Source: Carpediemonas membranifera BICM (Eukaryota > Protista > Fornicata). From it: 64,000 nucleotides of DNA. Made by a program: the position numbers and the translations under genes. The notes beneath the pieces were generated by a model that saw only the letters and a list, made by a program, of their open reading frames with translations, was not told the origin of the DNA and did not search any database. The DNA is taken from positions 132,534 to 196,533 of the forward strand of contig JAHDYR010000024.1 of NCBI GenBank assembly GCA_019828565.1. The letters are read 5' to 3'. Below, piece after piece: positions 23,572-34,727 of this stretch; the stretch's first letter is position 1; each line of letters begins with the position of its first letter.

Positions 23572-26393
23572 ATGGGCAAAAGTAGTTCTGGCTACAGAGG
23601 CCCAATCTTAGCGAAAGACACTGGTCCGCAACCACAAAGTACCACTGCTGCTCAAAGCAGTATCGCCGACCAACGCTTCCTGACGAGGAAGCACCTCAAA
23701 TATGTTTCATCCGCCCCTCCTGTCCTCAAAAGACAACTACTAGCAGGCATTGCCTTTATTGGGGACCCCGTAATCATCCATCCCTTCAAAACTGAGCTTG
23801 CAACACACTCATCGACGGGCAATTTCGTCTCGGTGGCAATCCCAAACCTAAAACGGGACAACGCCCGCTATAAGCGGGCTAAGGATGCCTGTAATGACCT
23901 ACTCCAAGATGCTGAGCACCTTGCAGCTGCATTTGGGCTCTCCATCCGGGAAGGTATCCTCAAACTCTTTCCCCTCATTGCCTATGATCTTGTCCACACG
24001 GTTGGAACGCTTAAGGCTGCCCTAATCCACTGCAGGTTCACGGGACTCCCCCCAGCTAGCAGCATGGACTGGAGCAAGTTCGCAGATTTCATCTCCGCCA
24101 GATGCCCTACAGTGTTAGACCAACGGAACGATCCTTGGCCTCCAACCATATCCACTGTCCCGAACTCTCCGAGCCTGACATGGCAGGCAGTCGGTCAAAG
24201 AGAGCCTCTTGGTCCCCGCATCGCTCACTCCGGCCGGCCCGGCCCCATTGTATCTCCGGATGGTCTCAACCTCACGCCGTTCATGGGCCTCGAGGTAATC
24301 CACTTACTGTATGGCGCCTCTCCCGTGTTGGGAGGACATGCGATGACTGAGCTTTATGCCGAATGGGGTGGAGCCACAGCGGCCGACCTTCAGTCTTCCT
24401 TATCGAATACCTTATCAGACAGCCTTATCTCTCCCATTCGCCGGAAGGCCTATCCAGTCGATGACTCTACTATATCCATAAGTTCCTGTTCAAACTCTGA
24501 TGTTGAGCTCGCAAGCCCGATCCCTGTTAGCGTGGAAGAGGTTGCGCGGCAGATTCGGAAAGAAATATCGTCTTGCGAAGAGAACAGCATTTATCCATCA
24601 TCCCCGATCGTAGCTGAGGAGCCTAACGCCCGTTGGGGCCCTCTCATGAGCATCCCAGTTCACGCCGACGGCAACTGTGGCCTTCACTCACTTGCTGTCT
24701 CTCTGGGTATGACGGGCCTGACGAGACGAGAAGCCGTGTCGAAACTTGCCTCCGCCATCCAGAATGGTACAGTGGATCTTAACTCCTCGTGGAGATCCAC
24801 GGTGCGCACTTTAACCACACACACCACCGCTAGCGACATTGGTAGTGCCTTCCTATCCACCACAGACCTCGAAAAAATGTGCTTATTGCTCATCGATATG
24901 ATGCCAACACAGTCTCAGTAACCATCCCAGCATTATCCGAGTTCTCTACACTTCCTCTCAATATTGACGCGCTCAAAACGATGCTCAAAACCGATTACAT
25001 CCTCATTAGACTGAGTGCTCTGCACTTCACGCCTCTTTTTCCGTCTGTGAGGAGCGCAGAAGCAAGGCGCCTGCAATATGCTGAATATCGTCCAAGAAGA
25101 GCCCCCTCTAGTGTGGCTCGCAACAACATCGCCGCTGAAGGCCTCGATAGCGCCCCCTCTAGTGTGGCCCGCAACAACATCGCCGCTGAAGGCCTCGATA
25201 GCGCCCCCTCTAGTGTGGCTCGCAACAACATCGTCGCTGGAGGCCTCGATAGCGCCCCCTCTAGTGTGGCCCGCAACAACATCGCCGCTGGAGGCCTCGA
25301 TAGCGCCCCCTCTAGTGTGGCCCGCAACAACATCGCCGCTGAAGGCCTCGATAGCGCCCCCTCTAGTGTGGCCCGCAACAACATCGCCGCTGAAGGCCTC
25401 GATAGCGCCCCCTCTAGTGTGGCCCGCAACAACATCGCCGCTGAAGGCCTCGATAGCGCCCCCTCTAGTGTGGCCCGCAACAACCGTGATGGCGTCCATG
25501 GCGCTCTCATAGGCTTGTCTGGCAAGAGAGAGGGTCCTGTTTCTCATATCCTAGTGGTCGACTTTGAAGGACTAGGAACTGCCGTAGACCGCAGAGCCAC
25601 CAAACAGAGTCGCGTCTCATATCCCGTAGAGGCCGGCGCCACACTCCTAGCCCGCGTCAAGGATCCTGAAACGGGGATAATGATGTGGGACGTCGCAGGG
25701 GTCCACTGGGGCGGCTTAGAAGTTGATATCCCAGCGCAGTTAATGCAGACAGCTTTATACCAAGCGGCAGTTGTTCATGGGTGTCCTCCCATGAGCTTCA
25801 GAGTACACCCCGACCACCCCGGGATCTCATTCCCCAGCCCGACCGACTGGCTTCACCACCTCACGGTCATAGTGAGCTCCCTCCCGAACTGCATCATGGT
25901 CGCCAAAGACCCGAGACTTGAGAACTCCGTCCTAGAGTCATGGGTCTCGGAAAGCGATGCCCCCTTCCTTGACAAGGTCTATGACATAAGTGATCTAGAG
26001 TCCATAGACAAAAGATCCTTTGGGCATATCCATGACTACTGCCGTTCACCCGAGTTCTCTGAGGCGATGTCGATAGCCCAATGTCTCACAATGGTGAAGT
26101 GCCCCTGCCCGTACCACATTGGAACAGATCCAGGCTACCATTGTGCTCTCAGTGACACTGTAGCTTTCGCGGCGGTACTGCACACAGTCTCATGTCTCGA
26201 CCGAACATCTAGGGGAGCTATCACATCCACGTACTCTGAAATCACTGATGCATGGAGGAAAGACTTGGATGTCCTCATCGGCAACTGGTCCTCTCTCCTG
26301 CCCGACCTGGCCGTGCTACTACTCCAAGACCTCCACCTGCCAACGCTTGAGGAGCTGCACCACATCCTCAAGGGAGTACGTAATAGCACCTAA
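23572..26393 (+). CDS. LINE-C ORF1 (one frameshift near 24900-24920): OTU-like protease, 17-aa repeats, DEDDh/Maelstrom-like nuclease
   Basis: VHADGNCGLHSLA ... ALHFTPL; VVDFEG, PVEAG, HGCPP, VAKDPRLE, CPYH...HCALSD. Confidence 0.75.
25101..25484 (+). repeat. Coding 51-bp tandem repeat, 7.5 copies (APSSVARNNIAAEGLDS)
   Basis: Directly visible, near-identical units. Confidence 0.97.
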
Positions 26394-26848
26394 GGGTGGC
26401 TGCTCCTTCCCCACAGGTGATAGGGCCAGACAGGCTATGACGTGCCGTCAATTTATTGCAGTGCGGAGCCCAGCTCGGCGAGGGTGGGAATGGTTTGATC
26501 CTCTTGCCAAGATGATAGCGGTGGCGGATGCGGCAGGCATAGTCCCTCCAAACAGCCTAGAACAGCCATTCATCAGGATAGCGACGGTGAATAACGACAG
26601 CTCCTTCAGCAATCAGTTGACGGCTCAGCAAGTTTACTGGGAGTGCCCTCCTCACCGAGACCTACCGCAATCTGCTGCAGAGCTTCTGGCTCTCAACGTT
26701 CCTCCCTCGGCAGACAACTCCAAAGGAGTAGTCAAGAGGTCCTACAGAGCGCCGGATCATTGGTTTCTAGTCCCGAGAATCCCCAACAAGCCAGTGCGAG
26801 GGCTCCGCAAAGTCAGACTGAGAGGGCCCATGACTCGAGGAGACATGG

Positions 26849-29800
26849 ATGCCCCTCATACAGAAGGCAGAAACAGCATGGGTCAGCGAAGCGTGGGACC
26901 TTTCTCCGGTGTTCAAAGCTCTCCAGAGTGCCCGAGCTCACGACGGTAACTGGAGTAAGGTTGAGCCACCGGCTTCTTCCACGCCAGCTCCAAGCTTAGC
27001 CACGCGAGTCTCGCCTGCGACCTTCAGGAATCAGAGAGGGCGAAGTCAAGCAGGTAGACGACCAGTAAATGGTCACCTCTACTCGTGGAATTGCACATCA
27101 CTCAACATCACCAAGATGACTCTTGCTCTAGTACAAGACGTGGACATCATGGCCATTCAGGAGCTATGGTGGTGGGCCCAGTCCCCGGAGCTGCCCACAA
27201 CGAATGACAAGGTCCTGCTATACCACGGAGTGATCAAGTCAGAGTCCGAGACAAAGCATCTAGGCGTAGGCATCATGCTGAGGAAGGAATTAGCTGAGCT
27301 CTGCACATACGTCGAGAACCAACCCCACTCTCCAAGGTTGATTCAAGCTGACCTAGGCTGCGTGTTTGTAACAGCTGGCAAACTGAAGGTCCGTGTCATG
27401 TCCATCTATAGTCCATGCACGGGAGCACAAGCCAAGAAAGAGTTCCACACTCTACTGTCCTCCGAGGTGAAGAAAGCTATTGAGCAAGGGCTCCAAGTTC
27501 TTGTCATGGGAGACTTCAACACGAACCTACTAGATCCATCGACGCTGTGGGCTACCACCCTAAAGGAGTGTGGCTTGAGACTGGTAGTGCCCGACGGCCC
27601 GACCTTCATGGACAGAGTAATTGATGGCATCGCAGCAACACCTAAGCTGGCTGATCTCATCAAGAAGCCGCTCACAGTATCCCTTGAACCCAAAGGACAC
27701 AGAGCGGTTGTAGCAAGATCAGGCATAACGGGTTACTTTCGCACGAGGAGCAAGGCAACAGCAGTCCTCAACGAAAGACATGTGGCTAACGTACTTGAAT
27801 GCAGCAAGGATCATCGAAAGGCGAGGACTCTCCTGAGGAACATCAGCCACCTTGATGTCGACCAAGCCTTTCAAAGCCTGACGTCGACTATCAACCGATG
27901 GGCGTTGGTGGACACTGCGGCCTCACATGAAGTGAGAGAAGTCGAGAGAGCAGAAGACTACGACCACTGGTTTGTCGCCGGAGAGCAGATCGGTATTTCC
28001 CCTGAACGGCTCTATGAGCTCATCATTGAGGATCATCGCCACCAACATCAGCTCAAGGAGAGGACGAGCAGAGGCCCCAAAGCTCTCGTGTGCTCTGAGC
28101 TATCATCAGCAATGCTATCAGTAGCGTTAGCATCCTCGGAGAGCCACGCCCACTCAACACTCAAAGCCTACCATGCCCGAGCCAAGCGAGTCTCTGAGAG
28201 CATGGATGTCATGTCCCCTGAATTCTTTAGATACGTCCATTGGAAGCTTTTTGAAGGGGCAGGCCAGAGTGTCTGGTCTTCGCAGAGACCTGGAAGGCTT
28301 ACTCAGAGGACCCGGCCTTCCTGCTACCACCACAGTAGGAGGCAGAGTGATCACCAACCGAGAAGAAGTAGCCAAGGCCTTCGAGGAGTGGTATGCGTCA
28401 GTATCATATGTGGCAGGAGCAGTAGAACCATCCATCTCTCGCCCCGATATAGAGCTCGAAATCACGGACACTCTCCTGGAAGGGGCTCTCAAATCTGCCA
28501 AGAATAGATCAGCCCCAGGCAGTGATGGACTAACCCCGGCAATTTTCAAATATTGCCCAGTCCTCAAGGAGGCGCTCAAGACTCTGCTACAGAAGTGCAT
28601 TGACCAACTCAAGACCCCAGCAGAGTGGCATACCGCCGTGGTAATTCCATTGAAAAAGCCCGGCTCTACTAGCGATGCTCCTGTGGCGTTCAGACCTATC
28701 TCCCTACTTTCCACAGCCCACAAGGTGCTCGGCACAATGATGATCCGCACGATTGACCGAGACAACCCTCTTCCCCCTGAACAATACGGTGCAAGGCCGG
28801 GTGTTTCATCGGTTGATGCACTATGGGCTATTGAGCACGCGAGACGTGGGTTCAAAGCGACCCACATTGGGACTCTGGACGTGGCTAAGGCCTTTGACCG
28901 TGTCCCGAGGAGAGATGCATTGGACTCGTTGAGGGGGAACAGAAGGGCCATTGAGATGTTGAAGGAGATGCATTTGCACACAAGGATCTCTATGCGAGGT
29001 AGCAGCACTAGCGCCGCTACCAACACAGGAGTACGGCAAGGATGCACCACTGCTCCCTTCATCTTCACAAGATACCTTGCGGAAGTCCCTCACATCATTG
29101 CAAGCTTAACCGCTCTAGGGAAGGAAGCAATTGAGAAGCTTCCTCCCGACATAGAGACCCTGAGACGAGTGGCAGCAAGGCCGTGCGTTCCCTGGATTGT
29201 CACAGTCCTGTTCGTTGATGACATTACAATAGTAGCTCCCTCCCTTAAGTGGTTGGAGGCAGCACTTACGGCGGCATGGACATGCATGCTAGCGCTATCC
29301 TTGGAGCCCAACGATAAGACCACCTATGTCTCAGAGGACGACACCCCCTCCCTCACCATCCATGGCAATCCAGTCATTAAGAGAGACGCGGTCAAGCTCC
29401 TAGGGGTCCTCTTCGATACGTCCCGAGACTTCTCCACCCAGAATAGGACTATGGGCGAAAGGATAGACAGAGAGCTACGACTACTGAGAGCTAGCGGCGT
29501 GATGCACTCCAAGTTCTGTCCTCGCATTGTAGAGGTCTACACCCTCCCCAAGCTGCTGTACGGGTGGAGCGTCTGGGCTAATCATAAGGCTGTCTCCCAG
29601 GTAGGCAAGCTTGCATCGGCAGCCCTAAGGATCAGCCCAACTGCATCGGAGGCGAAGTACCTGGAGCTAGGCTGGCTGCATCCAGAGGCAATGCTCCTGC
29701 TGGACAGATTCAAGCAAGGGGGTGAGATGGGCGAGAATCCATCCGGGCAAGGATCTCCCAGACTGCATTGCTGAGGCACAAGGCAGCCTTGGCCTGTCCC

Positions 29801-30349
29801 ACTCCGACAGCCTTGACCTAGCAGCCTGTCGAGCAGCCCAGCTCTCTCACGACATAATCTGCCGTGGTAACAAAGTGGCTGTCAGGAGATACGTCACGGA
29901 GTCGGCACTCACCCGCCCTTTTACCCGCTCTAACTACCCGGCCAGGCAGCCATACCTCGACCATCTAACGGCTGGGCCAGCGAAGCGCCTCGCGATGCTA
30001 CGGCTATCGTGTCTACCAATGCCAACGAGAGGGGCTCTTCCTGACGCGTGGCAGCCGGTCAGGGGAATCCTACAGGACCTGAAGGATGAACCGGAAGCCG
30101 CCGCAGCTCTTGAGGCATGTCCTCTCTGTCAGGGGTGAGGCCATCGCCGCGGCTGTGATTGAGATCCTGACGTCCCCTACCAAGACCTTAGCAGTGCTGA
30201 GATCCAGGACGTGGGTTGTCCTGAACCAGACCCACTTGGCTAAGTGCGACCACTTCAAGATTAACCCCATCCTCCTTTTCAAGGACCCCCTGACCCTGAG
30301 CAGGCGTGACGACGCCAAGCTCACACATATGTTGAGTGTACTTTTGTGA
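26849..30349 (+). pseudogene. LINE-C ORF2: APE + RT + zinc knuckle, frameshifted (may start further upstream, ~26437)
   Basis: YSWNC, IQEL, IYSP, GDFN, IDGI; APGSDG, FRPISL, QYG, LDVAKAFDRV, GVRQG, FVDD; CPLC...HLAKC. Confidence 0.9.
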
Positions 30350-30738
30350 CGCGTGACTGGTAGGTTCCCTCGCTTACATAGGAAAACGCCACCGTCCTCC
30401 CCGGTCTCAGGACCTCCTCGATCATCGTCCTGAGGGAGCCCCATCGGGCTCGGAGCACAGAGTCCCGCAGCGCCAAGAGCTGGAAGTTGTGAGCTGGCCG
30501 ACCCGCGTGGGTCATCTTTTTACCCTTCTTCGAAGGGGTTTTAGGCCCTCCTCTCCCTGCAGCTTCAGAACAGTACTCTTGGGCGCCGCAGCTCTGGCTT
30601 CCAATGTTATGAGAACCGTTGCCCTCCTGCGGCTGATCACCGCTCGTCTGGCTCGGGTTGTGGCCAGTGCCTGGAGGTGGACACCCCGGCACTGTATCAA
30701 AAAATAAACTCAAAAACTCAAAAACTATTGTCCGACGC

Positions 30739-32680
30739 TCAGCCCGTCTCTGGTCCAGGTCAACGGACACACGTGGTTGGCTCAATGAGTCGAGCGTGGA
30801 AAGAGTGGGAGGCCATGGGGGCCAGCACGAGTGTCGTGGACTTACTCCGGCAGGGAGTCCCAGTACAGGACGGGCAGACGACGAACTCGTCGCCCAACGG
30901 GTCACAGGGCCCGATCACAGACACAATCAACGAGCTAATGGAGCTGCAAGCAGTGGAGCAGTGTGCACCGACAGAGGTAGCGCAAGTCTGCCCAATCTTC
31001 ATGACGCTGAAGAAGAACCACATAGACTGGCGCCTCATCCACGACCTGAGGCCGGTGAACTGGTACCAGACAACCAGGCGATTCCGACTGAAGGGATTGA
31101 CCGAGATAGCGAATGCACTGTCCAAGGGGGCGTGGCTCGCCAGCGTGGACCTGAAGAGCGGATATTACCAAGTCCTGGTCGAACAGACGGGTCGGAAATG
31201 GCTAGGCTTCCAGCACGAAGGGAACACGTACCGCTGGAACGCGCTTCCTTTCGGCCTCAACACGGCCCCGGAAGCATTTCAATCGATCACGGCGCAGGCG
31301 GCGAAGATCATCCGCCGAGAGCTCTCTCACAGTGTTCGTCTACCTAGACGACCTGTTGTTCGCCGACCCATCACAGCAAGAGCTAGCACGAAAGATGCCC
31401 GAAGTCCTGAAGATAATGGAGCGGCTAGGAATGATAATCTCGAGAAACAAGTGCGTTCTTACACCGACACGACGAATCGAGTACCTGGGAATAGTTATCG
31501 ATACGCGCAAGAACACAATGTCTCTTCCGAACGACAAGCGCGTGTAGCTGAGAAGAATGATCGATCAGGTGCTCAAAGAACGAAGAACAACGAAGATAGA
31601 ACTCCAGCGACTCATTGGCAAACTCCTTTTCGCCAGATTCGCAGTAGGAGCAAGAACGCTTCCTCGACTGAGAGAACTCCAGTTAATGGTGACTGCGCCG
31701 AGTCAGCGATTTACGAGAGCCTCCATGCCCCGAGACGCCCGCACAGACCTCAGATGGTGGGCGCGTGTGATCGCGACAGACCCGCAGTACGCAATGCAGG
31801 GGTCACCGCGACCGGAGATCAGGGTCGAGACAGACGCCTCGGACGTAGCTTACGGCGCGACAATATGGACAGACAGCGAGAGGATGGAGATCCAGGGCCG
31901 GTTCAAGCAGTCATTCATACACAAGTCGATCAACTGCAAAGAGACGAGGGCCATAACCACGGCGCTGCGACACTGGGCACATGTGATCCGAGACAGAGAT
32001 GTCCTGATCGCGGGAGACAACACCTCGTCACTCGCGTGGGTTGCGAAGAGTTCGACGAAGGCCCCAGCCCACATTCGCCGGGGAGATCGCCGACCTACAC
32101 GACTTCCTGCATGCCAACGGTTGCCGCTTGAGAGTCAAACATATCGCAGGTGTATTCAACACAACGGCCGATGCTCTGTCGAGGTACAAGAAGCTCGATT
32201 GGGCCATGCCAGCAGCCCTGCTGGCAGCTGCGATAGAGAGGTGGGGAGCAGTGGACCGAGCGCTGTTCGCGGCCGAAAGGTTCTTACCCCAGGACTACGA
32301 CTACTGCAGAGACGCGTTCACAGCGAACTGGACAGAGTGCCGGTCAATGGCGGTCCCCCGGTGGCCATGCTCGACCGAGTGGCCGAACGACTGGAGGCAA
32401 TCGTAGACCAACGAGAAGAGAGACATCCCAGTCAACAACAGTCAGGAATCCTAGTTATCGCCCCAGTCAGGCAGACGAACATCGACTTGCGCCTTATCCG
32501 AGTCGCACAGGAGACAGTCAACGCATCGCTACCAGCCCACTGGTGGGCAGACACGGAGTTGGCGGTACTGTTCGAGGGCAAGACACACATTCCCTTCAGG
32601 GCGTACTGGGTCCCGGTGACGACGTCAGCCTCGGAATCTTCCTATCAGCATCAGCAGTGCAAGCGCGACACCGAGCACTA
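30739..32680 (+). pseudogene. pol: Y2 RT-RNase H-methyltransferase-like ORF (N-terminus at 23497-23558), with frameshifts and a stop
   Basis: VDLKSGYYQV, LPFG, YLDD, ETDAS, GDN, NTTADALSR; WGAVDRALFA, DAFTANW, PPVAML, ILVIAP resemble the DIRS/PAT MT domain. Confidence 0.88.
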
Positions 32681-32991
32681 AGAGCCGCAGGCGTGACACC
32701 CGACAGAACCAGAACGCAGATAATATGGTCCCGGGCTAGCCGTCCTAAGAACGAGGACGTCGAGAGAAAGGTCGCGTCCAGCCCGCTCCTGCTCCGCCTC
32801 GAGAAGGTGACGCGTGATCGAATTGCAACAGAGACCGCAAAGTTCACATTCTTCCGCAACATGACCAGAGGACCAGATGACTCGGACTTCGAGGCCTACC
32901 TCGGACAAAATGACGACCCGGCACCAACCCCACGGGAAGCTGCATGGGAGATCGTACGACAAGCCCACGAGAAAATCCATGACCAGAAGTG
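32543..32991 (+). pseudogene. 5' part of the Y2 recombinase frame, cut by the TIR element
   Basis: ...HEKIHDQK joins WVQEFEE... (59904 onward) in frame when 32992-59903 and one TG are removed. Confidence 0.7.
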
Positions 32992-33747
32992 CATACTGTC
33001 AACATCCCTAGATTATCTTTGCTAAACCCTAGATTATCTTCGACCTCAAAAAGCTAGATAATCTACGGTTGCAAGAAAAAATGAACTCGACGATGAGCCG
33101 GAGCTGGATCTTCAAAGTGGTATGGTAGTACTTGGCTATACCTAAGCAATACGCATGCGCAGTATCAAACTTTAAATCCTGCTAGAAAAAAGTAACATAG
33201 GGACAAATTCGAATTGAGAGTTGAGACTCAAAAAACGGGCAGGGGGGAGGAAATGGTCCATAGGTACGCCTTATGGGTCGCTTCCTCCCCTCTGCCCCTT
33301 TTTTTATCGCAAAATCGATTTGCCGGATTTGACACACGTTTGATGTGATCAAAATGGATTTGATAGACATGGGTCCAGATCATGCAGTTGGCCATCCTGA
33401 AGCGCTGGGGCGGCCTGCAGACCGCAGCAATGCCTCTGCTGAATGCCCTTCATGCCTGACGGACAGGACGCGCGTTGACTCAAAAGGACTGCATGTTTCG
33501 GCATCAGAAGAAGGCGTGGAATACAGAGGAGTCATCGCCGAACCGCTCCGACCAAGTCGGTTATTAGGACATCGCGTTCAGACGGCCTCTGCAATTACCA
33601 AGTCAATAGATGGGAGTCGACCTGATCAGCACGTCATTCGGGGTCTCTGGTGACCCTATAGCTGAGCTTGGCTGGGCGCTGCTGCGGCCATAGGCCGCTA
33701 GTGCCCTTAATGGCTCGTTTCTCCTCGTATAGCGGCCGTAGTGTGGT

Positions 33748-34695
33748 TCAATGGTACTCCAGCTTCCTGGCTCTGAGGATGCGTTCGACCTCCTTGTTCG
33801 CGCGTTCGACGACACCGTTGCTCTGGGGATGGTATGCTGTCGTTATGTGGACGTCGAACCCCATCTCTTCGGAGAGGCGTTTGAACAGAGCGTTTTTGAA
33901 CTCTGAGCCCCCATCCGATTGGACGACTTCGGGGCATCCGTATCGTAGAATCCAGGTGTTGACCAATGCGTTGGCTGCGTCTTTGGCTGAGGTGCTGTTG
34001 ACCGGGACTAGCTCTGTCCAGCGGGAGCACATGTCGATCATTACTGTCACGTAGGACAGGCCGTTGACCGTCGGTAGCGGACCCATGGTGTCAATGGCCA
34101 CACGCCGGAACGGGAGGTCTACAGCTGTATGCAGGCCGTCGGGTGTATCAACAGGAGGGCGGGCCAAGACTTGGCACTCTGGACACGCGGTAATCACGTC
34201 GTCTACGACTTGACGGGAGACAGACAAACCGTCGGCCCTAAGTTGCTCGGTTGTCATCCGGCGAGACAGATGAGCTCCTGCTGTGAGATGAGCGCGGGAT
34301 ACCTGATCCCTCGACGCCTGTTGCATGGAGAATACTCTCGAGAGACCGTCGGCTCCACCGTTGTCCAGACCGGCGATGTGCTGTAGGGTGAAATCTAAAT
34401 CGGCGATCGAATCAGCCCACCGGCGGACCTTGGCGTTGGTGGACCGGTACATATAGAGTAGGTTCCGGTGATCCGTGAGAATAGTAAAGCTCTCCCAGCA
34501 CAGGAACTTGCGCCATCGTTGTAACGCTGCCACGATAGCGTAGGCTTCTTTCTCACCGGTACACCAGCGTGACTGGACGTCGTTGAACGCACGCGACATA
34601 TAGCAAACTGGTCGGCCCTCTTGGAGTAAGACTGCTCCGTACCCGACATCGGATGCGTCAGTCATGACGGTGTGAGGCTTAGTCGCGTCGAACAT
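33748..34695 (-). pseudogene. pol: G1 RNase H + integrase, C-terminally truncated
   Basis: MTDAS, EKEAYA, TDH, ADGLSR; H..H..CPEC; AIDTMG, SDGG, NGVVER. Confidence 0.92.
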
Positions 34696-34727
34696 GGCTA
34701 GAGCGTCGGCCGAACATAAAGCTTGTT

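Larger units (their letters stand above)
23559..30724 (+). mobile_element. Non-LTR retrotransposon LINE-C, apparently full length, inserted in the start of the Y2 RT ORF
   Basis: 14-bp TSD CTATTGTCCGACGC at 23545-23558 and 30725-30738; AATAAA followed by (CTCAAAAA)2 tail; ATG 13 nt from the 5' end. Confidence 0.92.

Noticed and set aside
23497-24921. Single 474-aa gene as given in the ORF track
   Set aside because: Chimeric: the first ~20 codons are the Y2 RT N-terminus, the rest is LINE-C ORF1 beyond the TSD
25101-25484. CRISPR-like array
   Set aside because: Contiguous 51-bp units with no unique spacers, in frame within ORF1; no cas genes
32993-32996. Tc1/mariner-type TA TSD for the TIR element
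   Set aside because: A TA model does not restore the interrupted YR or gypsy frames and ignores the shared terminal CA/TG at all four ends
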